Counted from the whole stretch's first letter, positions 43,516 to 56,020 are shown. The stretch is 63,875 nt of DNA, filler included, from Collodictyon triciliatum (GCA_043381765.1; 7 parts of 7 records of this genome joined end to end with filler, not necessarily neighbours in it), one strand, 5' to 3'. Program-made: numbers and translations. Notes: generated from the sequence alone by a model not told the origin.

Positions 43516-44500
43516 TCATGAGGCAATGACGACGCGAATGAGAGCGGCCAGTTTATCGTCTAGTTCTTGGAATATGCTGTCGATTCCTTGGACATTGTAA
43601 TTGTCTCTGATATAGAAGGGGTTCACGTAGGCCACATACACTTCGACAGGGGCTATCAAAACATATTATCGAATAAAACAGACGAGCGCGTTGAAAAGGG
43701 CGGTGTAATAAATTCGAAATATAGAGAAAAGTTAGAAAAATACATGCTGTCTGCCAAGTGGACACCCTGATAGGAAATTCGATGGATGCTGTAGACGATA
43801 TCTAAACGGGTGAGACGCAGATAAACTTCCGTCGATGAATATTTTTTCTCATAAACCACCATGGACTAAAAAAAATCGCAAAAAAACACTGATAATGCTA
43901 ACAAATAAATATATAAAATAATAATTAGTCATGAAAGAGATTTTATAATATAGTCATATGAAATTGCCCATTTTAAAAATAAAATTATAATCGATATTAA
44001 TTCTACTACATGTATCTAGAAAACCAAATGGAACTCACTCGGAGTATCTGCCCAAATATATAGGGGTTTGTCAGCAAAGTGACAGTGTTTGGTTGAACAT
44101 CGAAACCGAATTTCATCGCTCCTATATAGTGATTTAAAAGATTGGAGGTTCTACAAAGGATTCAAATCATTCAAATTATTATTATTATCATCATCATCTA
44201 AATCTATAATTTTTCTGTAAAATCTTGCAAATAATTGTTTCATTAACCTTCGCGATGGTCAATAGTCGTGACGATAGTAAGATTAAACTCTGGTGCTCTA
44301 TTCGACACAAGATTGGTGGTTTGAAAAAAAGAATTCTCGCTTAGGAAAGAACGAAAGTGTGGCTGGGAAGACTTGTGAGGCGGATGAGCTTTGTTGTCTC
44401 TCGCTAAGTTGCTTAGCTTCTGGGCGTTATCGCCCATCACGAAGCTCTCACAAAGAGCAACAAAAAGGATCGTGAGTGCTAGCGCCTTATGCGACGGCAT
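43516..44500 (-). CDS. Secreted DUF302-like protein, 4 exons
   Basis: Exons 44500-44248, 44121-44039, 43801-43744 and 43652-43516 give a signal peptide MPSHKALALTILFVALCES followed by FNLTIVTTIDHREGAMKFGFDVQPNTVTLLTNPYIFGQILRISSTASIEFPIRVSTWQTASPVEVYVAYVNPFYI...ELDDKLAALIRVVIAS*. Confidence 0.75.
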
Positions 44501-44637
44501 GTTTTTTTCTCCTGCAATATATTTCAAGGTGTTGTAAGAACAGGATACCAGATCGAGACATCCAGCCAGCTTCTTGGGAGCGGTTGAGGACGTGGAGAAA
44601 ATCTTCTTGGCAATTAACCCATCAAAGAAAAAAAAAG

Positions 44638-44720
<83 letters not shown>

Positions 44721-44820
44721 NNNNNNNNNNNNNNNNNNNNNNNNNNNNNNNNNNNNNNNNNNNNTTAATTAATTAANNNNNNNNNNNNNNNNNNNNNNNN
44801 NNNNNNNNNNNNNNNNNNNN
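44721..44820. other. Artificial scaffold linker
   Basis: Same structure. Confidence 0.97.
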
Positions 44821-45850
44821 TTCCGGTTATTGGTTTGTATGACTTTATTTAAAAAAATAAAATGTGAATAAAATATGCGTAGGTTTGCTTGTACCTCCTC
44901 TTTCTTTTCCTTTTCCTTTTCCTTTTCCTTTTCCTTTTCCTTTTCCTTTTCCTTTTCTTTCACTTTTATTTTTGAACTCCATATTCACATAATTATAGCT
45001 CTCGCTCAGAAAATATATCACTTGATTGATAGGAACATACCTCCCATCAAGATGTTTGATTACTATAATTGCTGATAAAATCAACTGGTTTTCTTCATTC
45101 TTTATTCTTCATTATTCTTTCATTCTTTCATTCTTTCATTCTTTCATTCTTTCATTCTTTCATTCTTTCATTCTTTCATTCTTTCATTCTTTCATTCTTT
45201 CATTCTTTCATTCATTCATATTTTCATTCATTCATTCAGATTCATTATTCATTATTCATTATTCATTCTTCATCATTCATTCTTCACCATCTTTCCATGT
45301 CCTAGTCTTCTTGTAACACGATAATGGATGTCCTTAGCAACAAACTGGAGCGGGACGACAGAGTTTTTAAAGGACGAGCACAGTTATCCCGTTCCTATAT
45401 GCGGACTCGAGCCCGTGGGTCAAGGAAGCTTTGCAGACCATTTGCATGCAAACCCGTGCAAAAGCGAGTTGGGTCGGCTCATGCGTCGTGTTTGGAGAAA
45501 CAGAGTGAGTCTTTCAAACCCTGTGCCGAAGTGTGTGCAGCTGGAATGTGATATTCATTGTGTGGGAAAATACACCATTGTCCTTCCTTTTTTTTTTTAT
45601 TTCATTTTTTAATTATTTTATTTTATTATTTGTGACCCAAACACCAAACTTCATCCACGGAAATGCTACACATGTTTTATTTATTGCGACAAATCGGACG
45701 CAGACCGAAGGTAAAGAGAAGGGCAAGAAAGCAAGAAAATACATGATCGAGAACTACACAATCGAGAAAGTAAGCAAAATCATTCGGAGCCGGGTGGACC
45801 GAATATACGCGGATCAAAAAAGCCGAGCCACGCCCCGCGACGAGCTGTGA
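44821..45850 (+). CDS. 3' end of a GT-B family 4 (Glycos_transf_1) glycosyltransferase ending in RDEL
   Basis: Exons 44821-44832, 45338-~45504 and ~45704-45850 give PVIATNWSGTTEFLKDEHSYPVP...ANPCKSELGRLMRRVWRNRTEGKEKGKKARKYMIENYT...TPRDEL*. Confidence 0.85.
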
Positions 45851-46814
45851 AAACACGGTGGATGGCAAATGCGACTATCACACACGCAAAAAGTTAGCAA
45901 GCGAAAGCAAGAGTGCATAAAGAAATAACTAAATGAACAGGGAGAAAAAAAGAGAATAATGTTTCGTCATTTGTCTGTTGGAACCGTCCATTCCGCATGT
46001 ATTTGACTCTAAACATAGAATCGATGCGATATGCAACTGAGTCAATAATGTGCATCTGACAGAAAGGAATCTATCAATAGCCCAAAAATAATAATAATAA
46101 TAATAATAGTCCACAAATACTTTCTCACGCAGCGAATGTTTAAAAGAGGCATGCACTCCGATTGAGTATAAGGGCTGGCGCGAAAGTATATATACAAGTA
46201 GTATATGAAGAAGATATTAATAACAACGAAAACAATTACCAACCTGCTTTCTTTCCTTCCATTATCTTCAGAAATTCTTTTTGTTTTTTTTTTTGTTTTG
46301 TTTTGTTTTTGTTTTCCCGTCACCTTCATCAGATGACAGCAGCAGTGTCCCAACATAACAGCTTCTTCTTTCTTCCTCATGCATGCAGTTGTCTCTCGGT
46401 ATTTCTTTCGTTTACTTTACTTTTCTTTTCTTTTGCGTCGAAAAAAGTGGGCAACCCAATCACCAGATTTGCGCTTCGAATCATGACACACACAACGCGC
46501 AATTGACGAGAAAGTCACCCGAGAAAAAAAGAAAAAAGGAAAAAAGGAAAAAAGGAAAAAAGAAAAAAGAAAAAGGAAAAGAAAAAAGAAAAAAGAAAAA
46601 AGAAAAAAGAAAAAAAGAAAAAAGAAATAAAGGAAAAAGAAAAGACAAAAAGAAAAAAAAGACTGGATATATAAACGCTTGTACGTATCACGATCAACAC
46701 AATATAACAAACCCGCATCTTCCTTCAGAGCACAACCCAGCCGTCGCAGGAGCAAAGAAATCAAGAAACAAAGAAAGAAATCAAGAAAGAAGCAAAGAAG
46801 AGATAGAGCAGAAT

Positions 46815-47893
46815 ATGCCGACACAAAGCAGCACAGGTTTGCATGCACACTCGCTTGATTATGTTATCCTTTCGATAATCATTTTGACGCCTGCCAAAAC
46901 CTTAAAGAAAAGAAAAGAAAAGGAAAGAAAAAAAGAATGACGCCATGTGGATTTTTACACAGCACTCATAAACGAGCACTTTTACCGCAGACTATATCTC
47001 GTCGCACTTCCTTTCCAGCTGCCGGTCTTTCCAGGGCAGCCAGCGAGTGTCGCAGAGCCAAGTGTTGGACGACTGGACCGTGAAAGTGGTTAGTATCACG
47101 TATGATTGCTCCTCCTCATGCTTCTTTGGTTTATTTTGTTTGTAATAATAGTTAATCTATGCATATTGCCCAACATCGTATCAAAACAAAGAACAAACGC
47201 CCAAAAAAAAAAAACGCATACAATTAATCAAATAAAATGATGTATCACGACTCATCTCTGCAGAAAATCCAGTCTTTCAACCACCTAACCGGTCGAATCG
47301 ACGGCGTGATGGAGGCGTCCAATATCCCGAGTCTCAGCACGCCGGTTGTGACCTTCTGGGAAGGCGAAGTGAGTCTCAATATTTCCCCATGCTATTAGTG
47401 TTTCCACGGTCATTTCCTTGCGATGGTCGGATGATGGGCCATATATTCTGTCTGATTGACGAGAATGACTCGTGCTTCTGCTAACTCTTGACTTGCCGCT
47501 TCACAGGTGATTGATGGACACAACCACGGATTCTTTACAAAAAAATGGAGAGCCACACAGCGTAATGGTGGGTCTATGAACCAATTATGCGGTATTTTGA
47601 TGGTGGCATGACTCTGTGATTTGATGCAGATATTGTGCATTGGAGCAAACTGGACGGATTCCACCCTGGCTTCCTGACAGCATCCAAAGACGAACTTGCT
47701 GCAGAGTTATGTGTCCACGATTACGTCTTTATGCGGTGGAAGGAGCAGGTCTCTCATCTCAAACGCATTATTATTAGTTGCCTATTTATGCGTCCGTGCC
47801 GTTGCAGACTGGCTCGCCAATTCTTTCAATCGAGACTCATATACATGGGCTATGAAACTTTACTATATTACCTTGATTTTCTATTATGAAGTT

Positions 47894-47926
<33 letters not shown>

Positions 47927-48322
47927 CATTTCCAAGCGATGATAATAATAGAAAAAGGTCTTTGGAAAAACAAGATACAAAAGCCTTGGTTCATCATCTA
48001 AACATGTATTGTGTGTGTGTGTCTCAATCAATATAGTTCTTCGTCAATGTTGGACAAGAGTGCGGACTCACCATCGCCGGATTCTATTACATGTGCCTGA
48101 ACAAAAACACAGGGGATATGGCAGGTTTCTCTCGCGTTTATCTATTAAAGCCACATTTATAAACATACTATCACAACGGTCGATATTGAAACCATGCTCG
48201 TAAATACAACCACACAAGGATACTACTTCGACCCGGAGAGCACGCCCTTCCAACAACTGCTGCTGGAGCCGACTTCTGGGCTGAAAGTGCCGCCCACTTT
48301 TGCCGAGTTTCAGTTTGCGTAA
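46815..48322 (+). CDS. GID4: GID4/Vid24 substrate receptor of the GID/CTLH ubiquitin ligase
   Basis: FQGSQ..DWTVKV..GVMEASNIP..VVTFWEGEVID..F.T.KWRA..DIVHWSKL..YVFMRWKEQFFV...LTIAGFYYMCL..G...GYYFDPESTPFQQLLLEP. Confidence 0.93.
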
Positions 48323-48915
48323 GCCCAAGAAAAAAAAGCGGACATAAGTTATGTACATCGAATCAACCCCAACCAATAAACAAGGACAGACACGAAGAGA
48401 ATCTGTGAGTGGCAGACGTAGACAACCCGGCGCCGTTCTCTTCCTCCTCCTGCTTTTCATTTGCGCCCCAACATTCTCTCTTTCATCGCGTCATTCCCCT
48501 CATTCCATGAAAGCTGCTCTTGACTCTTTGGCTGTACCAGAAACGTGATACGCTCGTCCAACGGGCATGTCCTTTTTTCTTTCCCAAGCACTTATCTAAA
48601 AAAAAAAAAAAAAAAAAATAGAGAAAGACAGAGAGACAGAGAAATTGGCACAACTACGGCTACGGCTTGAGGCAAACACGACCGATGAATTGCCGTACCA
48701 ATCAAAATGAACGGAGGAAGAAGAAGAAGAAAGAAAGAAGAAAGAGCTTGTTGGGACAAGTCGGCGATGTGATGTGTGCCATTATAACTCTTGTTTGCTT
48801 TAATCGCGCATGAGAAGAGAGTTGGACTTTTGTTCTTTCCACGGCGAGAAGCTCACGACTTCTTTCCCTCACTGACCGAATGACTGACTTGCCCGTCCTT
48901 GCTCAGCTGCTCGTG

Positions 48916-50610
48916 TTACTCCTTCTTGCCCTCCTTGGCAGCCTTCATCTGGCTCAGGACAAGCTGTGTAAGGACGCCCGAGCCGGGCAGATTCTGACCG
49001 CCATCCACCACAAGGCGAGTGCCGGTGATGTATGAGGCCAGAGGCGATGCAAGAAAGACGGCTGCGCGGCCAATGTCGTCGACGCTTCCGTAGCGGCCGA
49101 GCGGGATGGCCTTGGTGAATGCGGCATTCAACTGCGCATCGCCCGGGCCGAGGCGCTTCATTCCTTCAGTTCCTTCGATTGGGCCTGGGGCGATGCTGTT
49201 GACGCGGATTCCGTAGCGGCCCCTGCGAAGTATTCGTTTTACTGTCTTTTTCAAGTAGCTGTTGTGGTATTCGTTTCCAAGACGAACCAAAAAGAAAAAA
49301 AAAGGAAAGGGAAGGAAAGGAAGGATATGGGCCAAGTAGGTACTCTTTTTCGCTGAGTGTCTATGTGATGATTCAGAATCTAAGAAGAGTTTGTGGATGG
49401 AACCGTGAAAAAGTACCATTCCATGGCGAGATTCTGCATCATGTTGTCAATACCGGCTTTGGCAGCACCGGCATGCACTTGGGCAAAGTATGGGATGAAT
49501 GCTTGACCAGCGCTGATGAAAATGATGTTTCCCTTTGTATTCCGGATCTACAAGTTGCCATTGTGTTGTGGATAACGAGAATCGGCATCGCGTCGGTGAA
49601 GTGAAGTGAAGTGAAGTGAAGTGAAGTGAAGTGAAGTGAAGTGAAGTGAAGTGAAGTGAAGTGAAGTGAAGTGAAGTGAAGTGAAGTGAAAGCGTCTGTT
49701 TTGAGCGAGTGACAATTATAGATTATATGTAGGTCATCACTTGGTCGAACGCAGCTCGAGCAGAGTTAAATGAGCCCAGAAGATCAATGTCGATGACTGA
49801 CTTGAAGCCATTGGGAGACAGCGCCTCAGCTGGAGACAAAAAGTTTCCTGCGGCTCCGGCAATCAGGGTATGGATCTGTCCAAGTGTATTCTTGCAGCCC
49901 TCAAAGGCTTCGACAAGTCCGTCATAGTTTCGCACATCCACAGCGTGGGTATAGACCTGGCCACCTGAATGATACCAATCAAATGGAATTAGACTGGAGA
50001 TGAAACTGGACTTTCAACAGCCTTGCAGGAAGGGAAGGAGCTTTATGGAGAGCAACGCCCCGTGAAGGAAAAATAAAAGGCTGGTAAAGATGAAAAGAAT
50101 ATACAGGGAGAAAGAAGGGCAATTGACCGTATTGCTCAAGTTCCTTCTTGGCAGCATCAAGCTTCTCTTGCGTACGGCCGCAGATGGCGATGTTGGCTCC
50201 AACCCGGGCAAAGTTTTTGGCAACACCCAGATTGATTCCAGAGCCGCCTCCGGTCACAAAAACAACCTTAAGTGTTGAGGAAGCAAAGACGGTGAGTCGT
50301 CTCGGCATATGCAAACAAAAGACCGAGGCGTTGTGGCGCGAGTCATGTTCAGAAATAGCGAAGGGATTTCCAAGTCAAAAAAAAAAAAAAGAAAAAATAA
50401 AATAGGCTGGCAATAGCCTATGGAATAAAGAGAAGCAAAGAGAGTGTCTTGCTTGCTTGCTTGTTTTATGTTTGGATAACGAGGAAAAACCTTTCCTTTG
50501 AAGAGGTCCTTGGAGAAATGATTGCCGTCATTGCTGCTGGTGGAGCTCAAGCGAGCGAAGGGGGACGAGAAGCGAGAAAGAAGGGCAGGGGTTTTTGTGG
50601 TAAATGCCAT
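48916..50610 (-). CDS. 2,4-dienoyl-CoA reductase (DECR2/SPS19-type short-chain dehydrogenase) with a mitochondrial-presequence-like N-terminus
   Basis: VFVTGGGSGINLGVA, GAAGNFLSPAEALSPNGFKSVIDIDLLGSFN, HAGAAKAGIDN, EWGRYGIRVNSIAPGPIEGTEG, YITGTRLVVDGG. Five exons. Confidence 0.92.
49596..49690. repeat. (GTGAA)n intronic microsatellite
   Basis: Read directly. It lies in an intron of the dienoyl-CoA reductase gene. Confidence 0.95.
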
Positions 50611-51135
50611 CGAATCGGATCTTTTGCTGCAGAAAAAGCCAATGCACAGTCAAGCGAGTGAAAGGCTTTTACTTTGCGTGTGTTGTCATGTTTCTGGCAA
50701 GACAGTCTTTCTTTCTCTGCGAGTACAAACAGAGCCCCAGCTTTGTTGCTGCTCCGGCCGCTTTCTGCTCCTTTTTTTTCTTCGCTTAGATTTCTGAATT
50801 GTCCCGCATTCAACGATGGTGTTGCGTATATGCATCTTTGTGCGTCGCTGCGATGCGTCACTGCCCTAATGCGGATGCTGATCTGAAACCCACAAATGGT
50901 CATAGATGTCCAGCCTAACAAAAAACAAAAAAAACACTGATCGCTAATCCCGTTCGTTGTTTACAATGCATCTTCCGTAAGGGCGGCTGCTTCGTGGGTT
51001 TCCCAAGGAGAAGACGTCGACTCATCACTTGCAGCGTTGCACAATTATCTGATATCCCACAGGACGCCGCAGACTCATCGGCGCCATTCAAGCGGGGGGA
51101 AAGAAGACCGTCTGCATTTCCAGGGGGCTTGTTGG

Positions 51136-51345
51136 ATGTCGGGATCGAATGAGGACGTGCGTGTGACTGACGAAGGGATTTTCCACACTCTTTTGTTTGT
51201 CGCCTTGTTTTTCATGATGCTGCGGTTCCTGTATCGCAACGCATTGCGGCCGGTGATGCGGGGCGATGTGCGTATCGTCAGAAGTGAGGATGTGCCCATG
51301 GACACAGACGCCGACGCTAATGCGCCAGTGGACAAGCAAGACTGA
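51136..51345 (+). CDS. Small (69 aa) single-pass membrane protein, hypothetical
   Basis: ATG-initiated, GC-rich ORF with one hydrophobic helix (IFHTLLFVALFFMML) followed by basic residues. An AATAAA lies just downstream. Confidence 0.5.
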   Translation: MSGSNEDVRVTDEGIFHTLLFVALFFMMLRFLYRNALRPVMRGDVRIVRSEDVPMDTDADANAPVDKQD

Positions 51346-51899
51346 GTTCGGCAACTGGACAGACGCAAGAGTCGCAAATAAAAACAGAACCTTTGCTTGC
51401 TTGACTCCACGATGCCTCTCTCTTTCTGTTTCTCCTTTCATTCTCTTTTCCTGTTTCTCTTATTAGATTAAATATGCCCGAGTTTCTATTATTTAAGAGG
51501 CTTCTGATTCTCTGATGTCTACGTTGGATAAAGAGTTTGACGACAATCCTCAAGGAAAGTGGCTTTTCGACCTGGTGGGCACCTAAATAGAAGGATGCAT
51601 CGATTTTCGACCGATGCGCAAAGACTCACATTTATTATGTCGCCAGTTCATCTATCCAACAGGATTGCATCGTTAGGCATATCTGGCACACGCAAGGAAT
51701 TTGAATCGCCTGGAGTATATCTTCCGACCAGCACCCAAGGACATGATGACTTTGAATGCGCTTCAGTGTCGATGCCACATAAGATAAGTGAACCAGCCAG
51801 TCCGGAAGAAATTATTATCTCGCATGGCAGGATTCATTAATACATTCCTGAAATATCGGCATTCTCTTATTTGACCAATCTTACTCTTTGTAATATAGC

Positions 51900-54620
51900 A
51901 GATTGTGTCTCTTGTTCTCACACGCATCGGAATTGAAAACTCTACCATCCTAAACAGTGTATGGCAATGTGCTCTCAATAGAGACATTCGCGAGACCAAG
52001 TCTGACAAGCACCCAATTCTCAGAATTGCACTCTAATTCAAACTCCTCATTAGCACCCGGTATATAGCCACTGGGGAATATTCACACATTGCTCCATAGA
52101 AGGAATAACACAAAATCGCTACCACACAAAATATCAAGATTTACAACGCTCAAGTCATCAAAGAATTCTTTTAACTCTTTATCATACTTATCCGATCGAA
52201 TATAAAGAATAACGTCTCTTATGCAGCTCAGTCGAAGTGTGAATTCATTCAGATTTTACCAATCGCACTTTTGACACCGTCTTATCTCCAAGAGTTTCAT
52301 ATGTAAAGTAACACATTCGCTTGTTACTCTCTGTAATATCAGCTTTGAAATGGTATTATTTTTACGTACATAAAAGCTCACTTTCATCCTCATCTCTTGA
52401 AAAATCAGCACTTCTTGACCTGACTGAGATAAGTGCAGACAAATATATCATGGCTATGATTCCTCGCCACTTTGAAGAAAGCGATATTTCGTGGCAAATT
52501 AAATGATACTGTTCAGAAATATCAACCAGAGATATCCTCAGTAAGATATTATATATCACTGTCTATTGTAGATAGGACAGTATCATCAGTTCCAAGGGGC
52601 TTGTTTGCATTCGGGTAATTGGTGGGATGGCATCCTCAATCAAATTCATCAGCCTTGTTTCCCTCTCATATTTCCCTACTAACGTATTGACTTTGCTTTT
52701 CCTAGATGAAAACTGCACTTATTCGTTGCCTTGCTAGACATCTCACCCCACAAAACCTATCAAAACGATTGCTGGTCAGAAAACGATTCGATTTATTATC
52801 AAACTAAAATCAGCACTCAGAGCGATTTGGGGTCTTTATCATGTAGTAATCCATTGCCATCGATATCTCAAAGCATCTAATTCTTGACCAAGCTTTAAAG
52901 CATAGCTTTAGGCGAAAATCAAAGCAAATCAACATCTTCCCGCAGACATATATACTTTCAATTTCGTCGAAATAAGTTTTTGGAAAAACCAAATATTGAT
53001 GGTACCCCTGGAATATCGTGTCTAACTAATCATGTAATTATGAACTTATATGAAAATCATTGGTCAGCCACACCATTAAAAGTTGAAAAAATTAACAGAT
53101 ATTAAAGTATGGAATACTCGCCACAATATACTCTCGCAAGTCCTCCCGAAATCTTTTCTCAAAATCGCATAACTGGTCTACTTATTGACGAAAGTACAAT
53201 ATCAGCTCTTCTAAATTATGTGAATAAGGCAGTACCCTTAAAAAATCTAAATTTCAATCGTATCTATGACCCAGAATCATAATCCCTAGATCTTTGCTCA
53301 TGAATGTCCATTACTAATGTGAGGTTATCATCTATTCCATTGGGAATATTTGAATCGGATCGTTTAACGAATCTAGATTTGAGTGCAAACAAAAATACAT
53401 AATTCCGAGTCAAATGTCAAAATCAGCCAATCTCAAGAAATCGATTCCGAATCTAACATGATGTCTTCTTAGTCTCATGAATTAGTAATGGTTGTCAATC
53501 TAAAGAATCTTCATGTAATTAAAATTTTATCGAAAATCCTCCCAGAATATTGAATACAGTCTGCGCACAATGGTCATATTCGGCTAATCAACCTGGCGTG
53601 CGAGCCAAACAGAGGTCCGATACTCAGTTGATCCTATGTCTATTAAGAACAGCGGGAATTCCTCTTCGTCCTAGAGGATTCTTTCTACTACGCAACTTGA
53701 CCAAGCTTACTCCGCAAGACTCGCTATATCAAACATGCCCTCTGATGTATATCTATATATCTATTGATAGGGATTTCCGCTCTTCACTTAAATTTTAAGT
53801 AATCTTGCAATATTTCCCTCTAAAATCAGGTCAATGACTCGCATTCGTGAAATATGACTGTTCAGGAATAGTATGTCTCCATGAGAATAGAAGCAAAGCA
53901 GTTAAAAAAATCTCCAAATGCTCGATGTGTCTATCAATCTTTTACCATTTCTACTCAAGGTAATATAAGCATTATCTTCCCTGCTAAATTGTTGTGTTCT
54001 TGGAATCAATTACAAACACTTAGTACTACGAATAGCTCTGTATGTATGATTTCTCTAAGGTTATAATGGCGTTTACATAAGGTTACCCATAGCTCAAAAA
54101 TCGATTTTTTCAAAGGCTATGCTATTTTCATAGGGTAAAAATTGCAATAGAATGAGTTGATGCTGTCATAAATTATTGCATTGAAAAATCTTTGTGTGGT
54201 TGGCTGAGTTTCCCACATCTGCAAGTCGATTTGATCGAATTAAAATCGAAATATTACCCAAATAAATAATAAAGCTTCCTTGTTGGAATAATTTCGAGCT
54301 TGATGATTGTGAGAGATATTTCATGAATTAAAATATTTGGCATATAAAATTATTTGGAGACACGACTGTATGTCATAATATCCATTGCATCGAGATTTTA
54401 CAATAATTATACCGAAGACATAAAATCGTTAGTCAACAAGTTTGTCAAAGCATATTACAAAAAGGATAATCTTGAAGGTCTTGACATAGGAGATAATACA
54501 ACACGATGTTTACTGGAGAGTAGTAAAGAAGAAATCGTTTAGGTGTAATCACTATTTTATTCAAAATTAGTATTGATGAAAATATGAGGCCTTCTGAAGC
54601 AACACACTCCAAGTTATTCT
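51900..54620 (+). pseudogene. Decayed leucine-rich-repeat gene with many frameshifts and stops
   Basis: LRR fragments occur in shifting frames: VSSVPRGLFAFG*, HLPADIYTFNFVEISFWKNQILMVP/GISCLTN, LSSIPLGIFESDRLTNLDLSANK, IPSQMSKSANLKK, NLAIFPSKIRSMTRIREI*LFRN, FPAKLLCSWNQLQTL. The region lacks intron-like homopolymers and microsatellites. Confidence 0.75.
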
Positions 54621-55217
54621 TTTATTTTCCGGTTATATAGATACCAGCCGTCTGTTCTTTAAATGCTGCAAAGTTTTAGTTCGCTTAGGATATCGGGTAT
54701 CAACTCCGCGACAAACAGTGGGCATGTTACAGAACCAGTTGCAGAGAGTAGTGCCTAGTCTACTAGAAATGTTTTCATAAGCGTGTCTTTATCTTGGAAA
54801 GAAACTAGCAGAACTACATTTCGTTTTCCTTTGTAGTGTAAATGCGGAAATTGACGAAAAACAAATAAACTGGCAGTGGTGAGAACACCCATGCTTCGGA
54901 TTTCAGTGCGAGCTTTACTACACAAGCAATACGCAAGACAGGCAAACGATAATTTTTGATGAATCAACTGATTAATTAATAGAAGGAGTTTTTGAAAATC
55001 ATCTAAAATGTTTTATTGCTTGATTATAATCCCAGAAAAACTTAAACACACCTTCTTCCCTCCAGTAAAACTCTATGTCAGTGTGCCTGTGTGTACTATC
55101 GACTCATGTAATGTTTACTCAACTCTTAAGGTCAATGATACCTTACCACGTTACATAATCACAATGCAAACAATTTCCTTTTTGTTTTGCATCAAGTTTG
55201 CATGTATTGGAAGTTTT

Positions 55218-55773
55218 ATGCGCGGTTGATTTCCATCGAAAATAGGGACTGTGCACTGAAAAGGTGGAGTTTTTTTTTTCCGCCGAATGAACGGCCCTGT
55301 CTTACCGGATTACATGAGTTTTTAAGAGAGTTGGAATTTTTGATTGCTAGTAGCAGCCATGTTTCTTGCACCGTTGTTTTGAGAAATATTCATATTTTTT
55401 TTGGAGAGATGAATGCAAAAACTGTCGATTTTCTTTGCGTTGTATTATTGTCCTGGAAAGCACAGATATCAGTATGAGTGATGAAAATGGAGGCGTACAA
55501 AATGCGGGCAGTGGGGTAGAAAAAGGGAAGCATACACGGACGAACTGGCGGAGAATTTAGCTCGAGCGGGGAAGAAACGCTTACAAGCGAATGTGCGACG
55601 CCATAACGGGTCGCCTGAGACGAGGTGTAAGAGTTTAGAGTAAGCGCATAACTTTACATAAGAGAAGAGGCAGAAAGAAACCCCGAACAAAGAGAAACGA
55701 GACGCCGTGGCGATGCCACATGTGAACATAATCGAAGAGGAGAAGAAACTCTCGAACAAAGAGAGGCAAGGCG
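55218..55773 (-). CDS. Possible 3' exons (short exons) of a hypothetical protein
   Basis: A GT-AG path gives ALPLFVREFLLLFDYVHMWHRHG/ATRYGVAHSL/DNNTTQRKST/QSKIPTLLKTH/SLFSMEINRA*. No family recognised. Confidence 0.35.
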
Positions 55774-55804
55774 CTACATGACTGTAATTAGCACTCAAAA
55801 TAGT

Positions 55805-55920
55805 ACATACATACATACATACATACATACATACATACATACATACATACATACATACATACATACATACATACATACATACATACATACATACATACAT
55901 ACATACATACATACATACAT
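55805..55920. repeat. (ACAT)n microsatellite at a scaffold end
   Basis: Read directly from the sequence. Confidence 0.95.
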
Positions 55921-56020
55921 NNNNNNNNNNNNNNNNNNNNNNNNNNNNNNNNNNNNNNNNNNNNTTAATTAATTAANNNNNNNNNNNNNNNNNNNNNNNN
56001 NNNNNNNNNNNNNNNNNNNN
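55921..56020. other. Artificial scaffold linker
   Basis: Same structure. Confidence 0.97.

Noticed and set aside
43516-45850. Functional clustering of DUF302 with the glycosyltransferase, or of CDK20 with ALDH8A1
   Set aside because: Each pair is separated by an artificial linker and lies on different scaffolds.
48850-48918. Stop-codon readthrough giving the dienoyl-CoA reductase a cryptic PTS1
   Set aside because: The stop is TAA rather than TGA-CTA, and the extension would end in ...GKKS, which is not an SKL-like signal.
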